From the NCBI GenBank assembly GCA_964019335.1, contig OZ025710.1, forward strand, positions 372,001 through 436,000: DNA of 64,000 nt, written 5' to 3'. The DNA comes from Diplonema japonicum. Taxonomy: Eukaryota > Protista > Euglenozoa: Diplonemea. The notes under the pieces are model-generated. The model had not been told where the DNA came from, did not search any database, and saw nothing but the letters and a program-made list of their open reading frames with translations. The position numbers were made by a program, and so were the translations under genes. Positions 15,001 through 30,000 of the stretch are shown piece by piece (position 1 is the first letter of the stretch; each line of letters begins with the position of its first letter).

Positions 15001-18000
15001 CTGGGACGTGCGGGCGACGGTTCCGAAGTGCGTGGAGAGCAAGTTCGGACAGTGCCCCGTGCTCGACGTGGTGTTGCTGCTGGACGGGTCTGGTTCGATG
15101 AGCGAGGCCTTCGGGCGCCACCCGCAGGGCTTCTACGCGATGATGGAGATGATCCGGGACTGGGCGAAGACCCTTCCCCTCACCGGGGAGGACCACACGG
15201 TCGGGAAGGCGTCGACGGCGCCGAACGGCGGGCTCAGGATGGGGCTCATCCAGTTCTCGGGGCCCATCCCCGAGGCGGTGAAGACCCCGCTCGGTGTGGG
15301 GTCGGGGGGCTCGCTCACCGGGGACCTGGCGGAGCTGCAGGCGGACATCGACTGGCACGAGGCGAACTACATCCAGGGGAGCACCTTCATCGCGACCGGG
15401 CTGAACTGGGCCGGCGCGATGTTCCAGTTCTCTCCCTCCACGAGGAAGAGGGTGCTCATCATCGTGACGGACGGGGCGATCAAGGACACGGCGTCGCTAG
15501 CTCCGGCGAAGGCGGTGCTCACGGCGGAGGGCGTGCAGATCTTCGGGGTGGTGTTGAGGAAGGCAGCTGTGCACACGAAGCTCGACATCGACGCGGAGGC
15601 GACGCTGAAGCCGATCACCTCGGACCCGCAGGACGACCACTTCTTGAACGTGCTGATCGACGAGATGCCGGACCAGGTCCTGAACGGGATCTGCGACCCG
15701 AACAGCAAGTGGGGCCAGATCCTCATGCCCAGCAGCGGGGCGGGGGGCGAGGACCAGGCGGGGATGCACAAGCCGTGCCCGCAGCACCTGGAGCAGGCCT
15801 TGTGCACGGCCGACCCCGGCTGCGTGTGGAGCGGGGTGGGGCTGTCGTGCGTGGACTCCCCTTGCGTGGCGCACTGCGACGAGCCGAAGTGCACGGCCGA
15901 CACCCTGAACCACTGCGGGTGGAAGGTGGTGAACGGGACGACCGAGGCCTCGTGCTGGGTGGAGACGGTGTGCGCGTACAGCGACGAGGTCACGTGCGAG
16001 AAGGACGAGCAGTGCGACTGGGACACGAAGAAGAGCCCCGCCGACTGCGTGGAGCGCCCGTGCAACCAGGTGTCTGAGACGGAGTGCGAGGCGGACCCCA
16101 AGGGGTGCGAGTGGATCGCAGCGACGAGCACCTGTGTGGTGGAGCCGTGCAAGCACCCGGCGAAGGACGACTGCGCCTCGGACGCGGCGTGCGAGTGGGA
16201 CGACTGCGCCGGGGTGGCCGGCGGCGGCGCCTGCCAGAAGAAGAGCTGCGACTCCGCTGTCTTCACGGACGAGGTGTCGTGCACGAAGGACACGCGCTGC
16301 CAGTGGGTGAGCGTCGGCGGAGCGGCCAACAACTTCACGTGCTCGCAGGAGCCGTGTGCCATCCACTCGGGAGAGAGGTGCTGCGACGCGGAGGCGGACT
16401 GCCACTGGGACATCTCGGTGGCCCCTGCCCAGTGCAGCTTGAAGTACTGCGCGAAGATGAACAAGGACCAGCCGAAGTGCGACAGCGACAGCCAGTGCGT
16501 GTACGAGAACAACAAGTGCGTGGAGAAGGAGTGCGGGAAGCTCGCGGAGTGCGAGTGCAGGAAGGACACGGACTGCTACTGGAACGGGGACAAGGCCTTC
16601 TGCGTGCCGACCCAGTTCGGGCAGTGCCCGACGCTGGACCTGGTGCTCCTGATCGACGGGTCCGGGTCGATGAGCCAGTCCTTCGGGCGCCACCCGCACG
16701 GCTTCGACGCGATGATGGAGATGATCCGGGACTGGGTGACGACGCTGCCGCTGAGCGGGGAGAAGGGGAGCGTTGGGACGAGCTCGCAGGCAAACAGCGG
16801 GAAGGTGCGCATCGGGATCATCCAGTTCTCCGGACAGAACGCGCGCGGGGCGGACCCTGGGAGGGCGGACGCGCAGGCGACGCCCGCCGGGACCGGCTCC
16901 TCGGGGAGCCTGACCGGCGACCTGGTGGAGCTGAACGCCGACATCGACTGGCAGGAGAACAACTACTACGGCGGCGGGACGATGATCGCAAAGGGTTTGA
17001 ACGACGTGGCAGAGATGTTCCACGCCTCCCCGAACGACGGGAGGCAGAGGGTGCTCATCATCATCACGGACGGACAGATCTTCGACCCGAGCTCCTTGTC
17101 GCAGGCGCGCGGGGAGCTCGACAAGGAAAAGGTGAAGGTGTTCGGGGTGGTGGTGAGGAGGGCCGCGGCGCACACCCCCGTTGACGACCTCGCGGAGCAG
17201 ACCCTGAAGCCGATCGTGTCGGTGCCGCAGGACGACCACTTCCAGAACCTCATGATCGACGAGGTGCCGACGATGGTGCTGGGAGACATCTGCGACCCGA
17301 ACGGGAAGTTCGGGAAGCTCGTGGTGGGGGCGAACCAGAGCAGCAGCACCGGGGTGCACAAGCCGTGCAAGCAGCACGTGCTCATGGGAGAGTGCAACGC
17401 GGACGCGGGCTGCGTGTGGTACGACGCGACGCTCTCGTGCGCGGACACCCCGTGCATGCAGCACTGCGCCGAGCCGGAGTGCACGGCGGACACAGCGAAC
17501 AAGTGCGCGTGGGACACGGCGAAGGCCCTGTGCCAGAAGGAGCCGGAGGTGGGGTGCGACTCGCTGTCCCTGCCCGAGTGCCCGAAGAACCCCGCGTGCG
17601 AGATCTCGAAGGACAACTCGACGTGCGTGGACAAGAAGTGCGTGCACGACACGGAGCAGGGCTGCGTGGCGGACCCCGACAAGTGCGTGTGGAACAACAT
17701 CGACCAGACCTGCGTGGAACAGCCGTGCAACTACCCGGAGGAGCCGACGTGCGAGGGGGACGCGATGTGCGACTGGAACAGCGGAAACAACAGCGTCTCC
17801 TACAGCCAGGGGATGAAGATGTTCCCGCTGAAGGGCCTCACCTGCGACGCGTCGACGACGACCTGCCCCGGGAAGTGCGGGGCGAAGGTTGGCGGCGCCT
17901 CCGTGAGCATCAACAGCGAGGACTACGTGAAGGGGAAGGACACGCTGGAGTGCGCGGAGTGCCCGGCCCTCGGGATGAAGACGGAGTGGTCGGCGGCAAC

Positions 18001-21000
18001 GGGGTCGATCGTGTTGACCCCGATGGACGGCCAGGACAGGGACCTCACGGAGTTCGCGGCAGCCCTCAGCAAGGTCTCCTTCAGGACGAGCTCTTCGGCT
18101 GGGAAGGCGAGGAGCATCACCTGGAACTACGGGGAAGGGGTGTTCGACGGGAGGACGGGCCACTACTACCGCTACTATGCCTCGGCGGCGGCTTGCCAGG
18201 TGGCGGGCGGCGCCTCGGCGGCCGGATGCACGTGGGAGGACGCGAAGCAGGCGTGCGCGGGGAAGACCTTCCTCGGGACGACCGGGTACCTCCTGACGGT
18301 GAACACAGCCGCGGAGACGGCGGTGGCGCGCGGGAAGATCGGAGCGGAGGGTTGGATGGGTGCGACCGGGGCGAACGGGGCGTGGACCTGGAGCACCGGA
18401 CCCGAGACCGGGAATCCTGTAAGCAGCTACGACAACTGGATGAGCGGGGAGCCGTCGAGTCCGAACGGAAACGCCTACTTCTCCCCGAACGGGGAGTGGA
18501 GCAGCGTGGCGACGGGGAGCACAACCAAGGGGGTGTTCGGCTACGCGTGCGAGTGGGGGACGACGAGCGAGCCCGCGTGCATCGGGTCCGTCGGGACCGT
18601 GCTCGTGAGCTCCGGGGGTTGCGTGGAGAAGAAGTGCACGGCAACGAGCCGCACGGAGTGCGTGGCGGACCCGTACTGCGACTGGATCGTGGACACGACG
18701 ACCTGCGTGCAGAAGCCGTGCACGGAGGTGATGGAGGAGCTCCCGTGCAACAGGAGGGAGGGGTGCCACTGGAGCCCGTCCATCTCGCCGGCAATGTGCG
18801 TGGAGGAGCCTTGCGCGAAGCTGAAGGACACGCCGACCTGCAACGCTGACAGCGACTGCATGTGGGACGACGGGAAGAAGACCTGTGTGAACAAGAACTG
18901 CAACGACATCACGAAGTGCCTGTGCGTGCAAGACCCGAAGTGCTTCTGGAAGGCCTCCGGGACCGGCGGGTCGTGCATGAAGAACGGCTACGGACAGTGC
19001 CCGACGCTGGACGTGGTGGTTTTGGTAGACGGGTCGCAGTCCATGAGCCAGTCCTTCGGGCACCACCCGCAGGGCTTCTACGCCCTGATGGAGATGCTCG
19101 GGGACTGGATGCAGGGCCTCCCTCTGAACGGGGAGGCGGCGAGCGTGGGGTCCGCGTCGAAGGCCGACACCGGGAAGGTGCGTGTCGCGGTGGTGCAGTT
19201 CTCGGGCCGCCCGCAGTTCTTCAGCCCCCCGAACACCTGGAGCGGGCCGATCATCGACAGCGTGGCGGTGAGCCCCGTCGGGGTGGGGACGGCTGGCCGC
19301 CTCTCCGGGGCGTCGACGGAGCTGAAGGCGGACGTGGACTGGCACGAGAGCAACTACCTCGAGGCCGGGACCTACGTTGCGAAGGGTTTGAAGAGGGCAG
19401 CGAGCATCTTCACCACCTCCTCGCCCGTCGACGGGAGGCAGCGCGTGCTCATCGTCATCACGGACGGGATGATCCAGGACGCGGGGACGGACAAGGACAT
19501 CATGGTGCAGGCGAGGCAGGAACTGGACGGGCTGTCCGTGCAGACCTTCGGGATCGTGGTGAGGAGGTTCTCTCAGCACACGCAGACCGACATCGACGCG
19601 GAGGCGACGCTGAAGCCCATCGTGTCCCTCCCGCAGGACGAGCACTTCATGAACCTGCAGATCGACGAGATCCCGGACAAGGCTTTGAACGGGCTGTGCG
19701 ACCCGAACGGACCTTGGGGACACCTCGTGACCCCGAAGACAACAACAACAACAACAACAACACACGTGCACCAGCCTTGCGCAAACTACATCGCGAAGAC
19801 CACCTGCGTGGCGGACCGCGGCTGCTCGTGGTCGGACGTCCTCACCTCGTGCCTGGAATCGGCGTGCGTGGAGCACTGCGACGAGGCGGCTTGCAAGGCG
19901 GAGCCCTCTGTGAAGTGCGCGTGGGACGGAACCCTGGAGGAGTGCTTCAAGGAGGAGGTGTGCAAGTACCCCGACCAGACGAACTGCGACAACGACGCGG
20001 AGTGCAAGTGGGACGGGGTGAAGTGTGTGGAGAAGCCGTGCGACTACCCGGATGAGGCGAGCTGCATCGCAGACTCGACCTACGACTGCGTGTGGTCGAC
20101 GGTGACGAAGAAGTGCACGGAGAAGCCTTGCAACTACAACAACACGGCGGACTGCACGGCGGACACAGGCTGCATGTGGGAGGCGACGTGCAAGAAGCCG
20201 GAGGACCAGATGTGCATCGTGAAGCCGTGCCTGTTCACGAACGAGACGGCGTGCAAGGAGGACGTGATGTGCGCGTGGACCAGCGGGGCAACCTGCGAGG
20301 TCGCGACCTGCGCGCACAACCCGGACGAGAAGTGCTGCAACGCGCAGGACGGATGCCACTGGGACGTGAAGCAGGCGCCGGCGGTTTGCTCCGAGCTCCC
20401 GTGCAGGAAGCTGAAGGCGGAGGGGACGTGCGACGCCGACAGGGACTGCATGTGGGAGGGAGGGAGCAGCACCTGCCTGGAGAAGCAGTGCGGAAAGTAC
20501 ACGACGAAGTGCCCGTGCGAGGCGGACCCGGACTGCTTCTACGTTGCGGGGCCGAACCACTGCACCTTCCAGCGCTACGGGACGTGCCCCACGCTCGACG
20601 TGGTGGTGCTCCTGGACGGCGGGGTGTCGTCGGGGAGGAAGTTCGGGCGCCACCCGCAGGGCTACTACGCGATGGTGGAGGTGGTGAGGGACTGGGCGAG
20701 GACGCTTCCGCTGAGCGGGGACGCGGCGGGGACGGCAACCCCGTCCAACAACAAGGCTGTGCGCCTCGGGGTGGTGCAGTTCGCGGGGAGCAGCCTGTGG
20801 CCCGCCGGGGACGCGAAGCAGGCGCTCAGCTCGACCGGGGCGGGGACCAGCGAGGGCCGCCTCACCGGAACGCTCTCGGAGATCGAGAAGGACCTCACCT
20901 TCCAGGAGGACAACTTCATGGGGGCGAACGCTGCGCGCCAGCCCGCGCCGCAGACGACCTACCTCCTGGCGGGGATGCTGAAGGCGTCGAGCCTGTTCAG

Positions 21001-24000
21001 GACCAGCCCCGTGGACGGGAGGAAGCGCGTGCTGATCGTGATCGCGGACAGCCCGCTGGACGACAAGGACAAGTACCAGACGGTGATGGCGGAGCTGGCG
21101 GCGGCGCAGGTGCAGGTGTTCGCGGCGGCGGTGCGCCCCTTCAGCGCGCAGTCTCCGGACGACCTGCAGGCGGAGGCGGATCTGCGCGAGATCGTGGCGG
21201 ACCCGAAGGCCGGACACCTGGCGAGCGTGGAGGTGGACCAGCTCTCGACCTACCTGAACGGGCTGTGCGACCCGAACGCGGCGTGGGGGAAGTTCGTGGG
21301 GTCGACGACGACGGACCGCGAGCCCTGCAACCTGCACGCGGAGAAGAACTTGTGCAACAAGGACGCCGGGTGCGTGTGGTTCGACACGACGCTGTCCTGC
21401 GGGGACTCGCCGTGCCTGACGCACTGCGCTGAGCCGGAGTGCACGGCGGACGCACCGAACAAGTGCGTGTGGAACGGCGGTTCGTGCGAGAAGGAGCAGA
21501 TCTGCAAGTACCCCGGGAACGCCGCAGCCTGCGAGGCGGACCCCGAGTGCACGGTGGACAAGCAGGGGACGTGCATCGGGAAGAAGTGCAAGCACGACAA
21601 CGAGCAGGGCTGCGTGGTGGACCCCGACATGTGCGTGTGGAACAACATCGCGCAGACCTGCGGGGAGAAGCCGTGCGACTACGACAACCTGGACCAGTGC
21701 GTGCTGGACCTGGATTGCGAGTGGAAGCCGCTGACGCCCGAGTGCGTGCCGAAGCTGTGCACCTACAAGAACCAGACCGCGTGCGAGACGACGGAGCCCG
21801 GGTTGTGCGAGTGGAAGGCGAACACATGCGTGCCCAAGCCGTGCAAGGAGTACCTGAACGAGCTGGAGTGCAAGCAGGACGACATGTGCGACTGGGCGAC
21901 GGAGTGCGAGCCGAAGTACTGCGAGAGGTACGCCGGGGCCGAAAACGCGTGCAACGGCGACGGGCTGTGCATGTGGGACCAGACCTCGAGCAGGTGCGTG
22001 GACAAGGAGTGCGGGTCCTTCCAGAACGACACCTGCCGCTGCCACAAGGACGCGGACTGCTTCTGGGACAAGGGGGTCTGCAAGACTGCGAAGTTCGGCG
22101 AGTGCCCCACCCTGGACATCGTGTTGGCGGTGGACGGGTCGGCGTCGATGACGCAGACCTTCGGGCGCCACCCGCACGGCTTCTACGGGCTGATGGAGGT
22201 GCTGAAGACCTGGACCTCGAGGCTCACCCTGAGCGGGGAGAAGGCAGGGGCGCCGACCTCGCTGAGCGGGAAGACGAGGGTAGGGATCGTGCAGTTCAGC
22301 GGAAAGCCGGCGATCAAGATCCCCGGGACGGACCTCGTGGACGGGGCGCAGAAGACCCCCACCGGGACGGGAAGCGGGGGGAGGCTCTCCGGGGACAAGG
22401 CGGAGGTGGGGGCGGACCTCGCCTGGCAGGAGACGAACTTCATGGAGGGCGGGACCTACATCGCAGCGGCCCTCGACGCGTCGGCCGACATGTTCCTGGC
22501 GTCGCCGAAGGACGGGAGGAAGAGGGTGCTCCTGATCTTCACGGACGGGCAGATCCAGGACGCGGACAAGCTCGTGGACGCGAGGAAGCGCCTGGAGCTG
22601 GAGCAGGTGATCACCTTCGGTATCGTGGTGAGGCGCTTCGACGCGCACACGCAGACCGACATCGACGCGGAGGCGACCCTGAAGCCGATCACCTCGGAGC
22701 CGCACGCGGAGCACTACTACAACCTCCTCCTGGACGAGATCTCGGACACCCTGGACGGTCTGTGCGACCCGAACAGCATGTGGGGGAAGTACATCGTGGA
22801 CACCGCGCAGGCGGGGGTGCACAAACCCTGTGGGAACTACAACGAGAAGGACAGCTGCAACATGGACGTCGGGTGCGTGTTCCGGGACGTGCTCGCTGCG
22901 TGCGTGGACACCCCGTGCATCAAGCACTGCGCCGAAGGCCTCTGCACAGCCGACACCACGAACAAGTGCTTCTGGAAGGCGGACGAGAGCGTGTGCTACA
23001 AGGAGGAGGGGTGCTCGAAGCACACGGCGGAGAACGCGTGCAGCACCGACCTGACGTGCGCCTGGAGGGAGATGAAGTGCGTGGACAAGCCGTGCAACTA
23101 CCCGGACGAGAACAGCTGCACCGCCGACTCGACCTACGACTGCGAGTGGTCTTCGAAGGACGGCTCGTGCACGGAGAAGCCGTGCCAGCACACGGAAGAG
23201 GTGCCCTGTTCCACGGACCCGAAGTGCCTGTGGGACACGGCGTGCGTGGCGACGGGGATCCCCGCGATCTGCGTGCGCAAGCCGTGCGACTACTCAACCT
23301 CCGCGAACTGCGCCGCTGACGCGCAGTGCCGCTGGAGCGGGAGCGTGTGCGAGGTGAAGGCCTGCGCGCCGTTCGCGGACGAGAGGTGCTGCAACGCCAA
23401 CGAGGAGAGCGAGGGCTGCCACTGGGACGTGAAGCAGTCGCCGGCTATCTGCAGCGTCGGGCCCTGCAGGGAGTACAACGAGACCACGTGCAACAGCGAG
23501 AGGTCGTGCATGTGGGAGGGGGCGAACACGAGGTGCGTGGAGAAGGACTGCAACAAGATGCCGGACAAGTGTGCCTGCGAGGCGGACCCGGACTGCTTCT
23601 TCAGCACGGCGCCCGGGAAGCAGCACTGCACCTTCCAGCGCTACGGGACGTGCCCCACGCTCGACGTGGTGGTGCTCCTGGACGGCGGGGTGTCGTCGGG
23701 GAGGAAGTTCGGGCGCCACCCGCAGGGCTACTACGCGATGGCGGAGGTGGTGAGGGACTGGGCGCAGACGCTTCCGCTGAGCGGGGAGGCGGCGGGGGCA
23801 ACACCGACCGCAAACTCGCAGGCTGTGCGCCTCGCGGTGGTGCAGTTCGCGGGGAGCGAGAGCTGGGCCCCGTCGGACAGCAGGCAGGCGCTCAGCCCGA
23901 CCGGGGCGGGGACCAGCGAGGGCCGCTTCACCGGCTCCTTGTCGGAGATCGAGAAGGACCTCACCTTCCAGGAGGCGAACTTCATGGGGGCCAGCCTCTT

Positions 24001-27000
24001 GACGCAGCCCGCGCCGCAGACGACCTACCTCCTGGCGGGTCTGCAGAAGTCGGTGAGCCTGTTCAGGACCAGCCCCGTGGACGGGAGGAAGCGCGTGCTC
24101 GTGATCATGACGGACGGCGAGCTGGACGACAAGGACGAGTACCAGACGGCGAGGGCGGAGCTGGACCAGGCGCAGGTGCAGGTGTTCGGTGTGGTGGTGC
24201 GTCCGTTCGACACGCACACGGCCCTGGACGAGAAGGCGCAGCAGACCCTGCAGCCCCTGGTGTCGGACCCGAAGACGGGGCACATCGCGAACGTCGAGGT
24301 GGACGAGGTTGCGACCCTGTTGAACGGGCTGTGCGACCCGAACGCGGCGTGGGGGAAGTTCGTCGGGGTGGTCGCGGGGGGCAGGCAGCCCTGCAAGCTG
24401 CACTCCGGAAAGGACGTGTGCAACAAGGACGCCGGGTGCGTGTGGTTCGACGCGACGCTGTCGTGCGCGGACTCGCCGTGTCTGGAGCACTGCGGGGACG
24501 CGGAGTGCACGGCGGACACGGTGAACCTGTGCGTGTGGTCCGCGGGGACGAGCTCCTGCGGAAAGAAGGAGGTGTGCAACTACCCCGCGGAGCCCGCGTG
24601 CAAGGGTGACACGGAGTGCGAGTGGAAGAACAACGTGTGCATCGGGAAGGAGTGCAAGCACGACAACGAGCAGGGGTGCCTCGCGGACCCCGCGGTGTGC
24701 GTCTGGGACAACCTGAAGCAGGACTGCAAGAAGAAGCCGTGCGTGTACGACAACATGGACAGCTGCAACCTGGACCAGGAGTGCCAGTGGAACGTGGACG
24801 CGGTGCAGTGCGAGGTGAAGAGGTGCAACTACATGGACAAGCCGGCGTGCGAGACGACGGAGCCGGGGATGTGCCTGTGGGACGCCGGGAACAACAAGTG
24901 CGTGCCCGCACCGTGCAAGCAGTACGTGAACGAGAAGCTCTGCGTGGCGGACGACAACTGCGAGTGGAGCACGGACATCGCACCCGGGAACTGCGATGTG
25001 AAGTACTGCAGGAAGTACTGCGACATGGCGACGAGCATCTGTGACGAGGACGAGTGCAACCAGGACCCCGCGTGCATGACGGACCCCGTGACCAGCATCT
25101 GCAAGAAGAAGGAGTGCGGGATGCTGAGGAACCAGTGCGACTGCCGCAAGGAGCCCGACTGCTTCTGGCTGTCGGGGGACAAGACCTGCGTGGACCAGAA
25201 GTACGGGACGTGCCCGACGCTGGACCTCGTCGTCGTCTTCGACGGGTCCGCCTCGATGAGCCAGGTCTTCGGACGCCACCCGCACGGTTTCTACGGGATG
25301 GTGGAGATGCTGAGGGCGTGGGTGAACGGGCTGCCCCTGAGCGGGGAGAAGGCCGGCGCGCCGGTGACGACGACGCCCGCCTCGAGGAAGATCCGCGTCG
25401 CCTTCGTGCAGTTCAGCGGGGTCGCCACGGCGCCGCTCACGAAGACCGCGATCGCGGGGTCCGCGACCAAGACCCCCGCCGGGGTGGGTACAGCGGGGAG
25501 GCTCTCGGGCGACTTCGCGGAGCTCTCGGCGGACCTGGACTGGCACGAGGCGAACTACATGGAGAAGGGGACGTACGTGAACCTCGGGCTGCAGATGGCA
25601 GCAAGCATCCTGCAGAGCTCCCCCACGGACGGGAGGAGGAGGGCCGTGTACATCATCACCGACGGGCAGCTCCAGGACCAGGCGTACCTGGAGGAGGCGA
25701 AGGCGAAGCTCGACGCTGTGAGCGCCGAGGTGTTCGGTATCGTGGTGAGGAGGTTCGCGTCGCACACGAAGGTGGACACGGACGCGGAGGAGGCGCTGAA
25801 GCCGGTGACCTCGTCGCCGCACGACAAGCACTTCTTGAACGTGGACATGGACGAGCTCGCCTCGAGCACCGGCCCGCTGACGCAGCTGTGCGACCCCGCG
25901 ACGGCCTTCGGGTCGCTTCTCGCGATGGGGGCGGCGGGCGGGAAGCACCAGCCCTGCAACGCCTACACCACGAAGAGGAACTGCGTGAACGATGTGGGGT
26001 GCGCGTGGAACCAGCTGTCGTGCGGGACGTCGCCGTGTGTGATGCACTGCGACGAGGCGGCGTGCAACAAGGACGTTGTGAACGACTGCGTGAACGGGTG
26101 GGACTCCACGGACGAGACCTGCTACCGGAAGGAGGTGTGCGGGGCGACGACGCAGAACCCGTGCGAACTGGAGACGGGGTGCATGTGGGACGCGGCGAAG
26201 TCGGAGTGCGTCGGGGAGCCGTGCTACCACGAGTCGGAGGACGGGTGCCTCGCCGACACGGAGTTCGTGTGCGAGTGGAAGAACTCGAAGTGCGTGGTGA
26301 AGCCGTGCGTGATGTACACGGAGCAGTCGAAGTGCACGGGAGACTGCGAGTGGAACACGACGGCGTCGGAGTGCACCCCCGTGAAGTGCATCCCGCATGT
26401 GAAGAGGGACGAGTGCAAGGCGGACGTGCTGTGCCAGTGGGAGGAGGGGGCGTCGAAGTGTGTGGTGAGGCCGTGCGTGGAGTACGCCGACGACATGACG
26501 TGCGACGCCGACAAGAAGTGCCACTGGGACACGAGCGCGGCGCCGGGAAGCTGTCAGCTGAAGCCGTGCGCCAGGTACGAGAACGAGACGACCTGTGGGC
26601 TCGACACGGGGTGCAAGTGGGACGGAGGGGAGCAGGCCTGTGTGGAGAAGACCTGCCACTCGATCCCGACGAAGTGCGAGTGCCAGCAGGACGCGACGTG
26701 CTTCTGGTCGACGGCCGGCGGCCGTGCGCGCTGCGAGGAGCAGGTGTTCGGGAAGTGCCCGACGCTGGACGCGGTGCTGGTGCTGGACGGGTCCGGGTCG
26801 ATGAACCAGGCCTTCGGGCGCCACCCGCACGGCTTCTACGCGATGATGGAGATGGTCCGGGACTGGGTGAAGACGCTTCCCCTGAGCGGGGAGCTCTCGT
26901 CCGTGGGGTCGAACTCCGCGCCGTCGACCGGCGGGGTGAGGCTGGGGCTGGTGCAGTTCAGCGGTGAGCCGAACTCCGTGAACCCGGCGACCGGCGGTGT

Positions 27001-30000
27001 TGTGAACTCGGCGCAGAGGACGCCGCCGGCGGTGGGGAGCGGCGGGCGTCTCAGCGGGGACCTCTCGCAGCTGGAGGGGGACATCACCTGGCACGAGGGC
27101 AACTACATGGCGCAGCTCACCTTCATCGAGGAGGGGCTGAACATGGCTGCCGACATGCTGACGAACGACTCTCCCCTCGACGGGCGCCGCAGGATCGTCA
27201 TCATCATCACGGACGGGGTGCTGATGGACGGGGACCGCCTCACGGCGGCGAGGGCGAAGCTCCAGCAGCTGCAGGTGATCACCTTCGGTATCGCTGTGAG
27301 GAGGTTCAACGCGCACAGCGCTGCGGACGACGCTGCGGAGGCCGCTTTGAAGCCTGTGGTCTCGGAGAAGGCGGACGACCACTTCATGAGCCTCACGATG
27401 GACGAGATCCCGACGGAGGTGCTGAACGGGCTCTGCGACCCGGACAGCAAGTGGGGCAAGTTCGTGTCGGCGACGGGCGGAGGCTCGGCCGGAACGGGCG
27501 ACGGGGTGGTGCCGTGCGTGCAGCTGGACGGGAAGATCACCTGCAACAGGAACACCGGGTGCGTGTGGTCGGACACGACGCTGAGCTGCGGGGCGACCCC
27601 CTGCTACGACCACTGCGACCAGGCGAGCTGCGAGGCGGATGTGGACAACCACTGCGAGTACACGGTGGCAACACAGGGGTGCTCGAAGAAGTTCCCCTGC
27701 AGCTACACGCAGGCGGCGGACTGCTCGAGGGACGCGGAGTGCATGTGGAACGCGACGGGGTGCGTGGAGAAGCCGTGCAAGCACGAGGACGAGGAGCCTT
27801 GCCTGCTGGACACGGAAGGGTGTGTGTGGGACTCCGTGGAGAAGGAGTGCACGCCCGAGCCGTGCATGAGGCAGACGACGAAGGTCGGGTGCGACGACCT
27901 CGCAGACATCTGCGTCTGGGACGAGAACGGGCAGAACGGCGCCGTGTGCAAGCCGAAGAGGTGCGTGTCGTGCTCGCCGGGGAACCAGACCTGCTGCGAG
28001 GCGCCGGAGAACAGGCTGTGGTGCGACTACACGGCGAGCCAGACGTGCGTGGAGAAGCCGTGCGTGGGCTACGTGGACGAGCTGTCGTGCTCGTCGGCGA
28101 CGGAGAGCCAGTGCGAGTGGGACCCGACGACCTCGCCCGGGATGTGCAAGGAGAAGTACTGCGCGAAGTTCAACGAGACCACCTGCGACCTGGAGCCCGC
28201 GTGCGCGTGGGACTTCGGGACGTGCGACACGAAGAGGTGCGAGAACGTGCACGAGCACTGCGCGTGCACGACGGACCCGGGTTGCTTCTGGCACGACGGG
28301 ACGTGCGTGGACGTGCACTACGGGGCCTGCCCCACCATGGACATCGTGGTGCTGCTGGACGGGTCGTCGTCGATGACGCAGTCCTTCGGGCGCCACCCGA
28401 ACGGCTACTTCGCCCTCATCGAGATGATCAAGGACTGGGTGTACCTGCTGCCGCTCCCCGGTGACGTGGGGGCAGCCGGGAAGGACCCGACGCTGTACCC
28501 CGCGGGCTCCGCGAGGGTCGCGATCGTGCAGTTCAGCGGGGACAAGAACCTGGCCGGGGCGAACTCCGCGCTCGTGTCGACGGACGGGGCGAAGGGGAGG
28601 CTTTCGGGCTACGTTCCCGAGCTGAGGCAGGACCTGTCGTTCCAGGAGCACACCCACATGGCGAAGGACACCTTCCTGTTCGACGCGTTGGAGATGGCAG
28701 CCGGGCTCCTGTCTGGCCCCGCCTACCCCATCGACGGGCGGAAGAAGATCGCGCTGGTGTTGCTGGGGAGCCCCGTGATGGACGAGAGCATGCTGGCGGG
28801 CCCGCTCGGGAAGATGAAGGCGGCCGACGTGCACCTGGTCGGGATCGTGGTGAGGAGGAGCAGCTCGCACGTGACGCTGGACAACGACGCCGAGGCGTCG
28901 CTCCAGCCCATCGTGACGGAGCCCAAGGCGGCGCACTTCGTGAACATCGCGATCGACGACCTGAAGGTGGAGGTCTTCGACAAGTGGTGCAACCCGAGCA
29001 CGCGCTGGGGAAGCTGGTTGGTGGACCTGAAGACAACCGACTCCCACCTCCCCTGCTCCTTCCACGGCGGGTCCGCGGAGTGCAACCGCGACTCTGGGTG
29101 CATGTGGGACGAGGGGCTGGTGGCGTGCACGGTGACCCCGTGCCTGCAGTACTGCTCGAAGAATCTGTGCGTGGACCTCTCGGACCCCTCGTACCGCTGC
29201 CAGTTCAACACAAGCGGGGACTCGACGTGCACGAAGGAGAAGGTGTGTGCGCACACGGGGGAGCAGGTGTGCATGGGAGACTACGAGTGCGTGTGGATGA
29301 ACAACAGGTGCGAGCCGAGGCCGTGCCAGCACCACACGGAGCCGGCGTGCGTGTCGGACCTCTCGGGGTGCGACTGGACGTCGGAGAAGAAGTGCGTGGT
29401 GAAGGAGTGCACGTACACGACGCCGTCGGAGTGCACGGACCCCCAAAGGGAGTGCACGTGGGACCAGACGGCGTCGAAGTGCGGGCCGAAGATGTGCGCC
29501 TACCCGAAGGAGGACGAGTGCACGAACGACCCGAAGTGCGACTGGAAGACCTCGAAGTGCGAGAAGAGGAGGTGCGTGGAGCACCTGGAGGAGGGGTCGT
29601 GCCTCACCGAGGCCGGGTGCGAGTGGGAGGTGAACTCCTCCCCCGCCTACTGCAAGGAAACCTACTGCTCGAGGTGGACGGCGGAGGGGGACTGCACCCT
29701 CGACGCAGCGTGCGCGTGGGACGGGAGCCTCTGCGTGCCCTCGATGTGCACGCGGAACGACGGGAAGCCGTGCGAGTGCGCGGACGACCCGAGCTGCTTC
29801 TGGGTGGAGTCGAGGAAGGCGTGCGTGGAGGCGGCCTTCGGGGCGTGCCCGCCGCTCGACATCGTGGTCCTGTTTGACGGGACGACCCCGATGGAGTGGG
29901 GCTTCGGGCGCCACCCCAACGGCTTCGACGCCCTGATGGAGATGATGAAGGACTGGGTGAAGTCCCTCCCCTTGAACCAAGACTCGTACATCGTGCCGAA

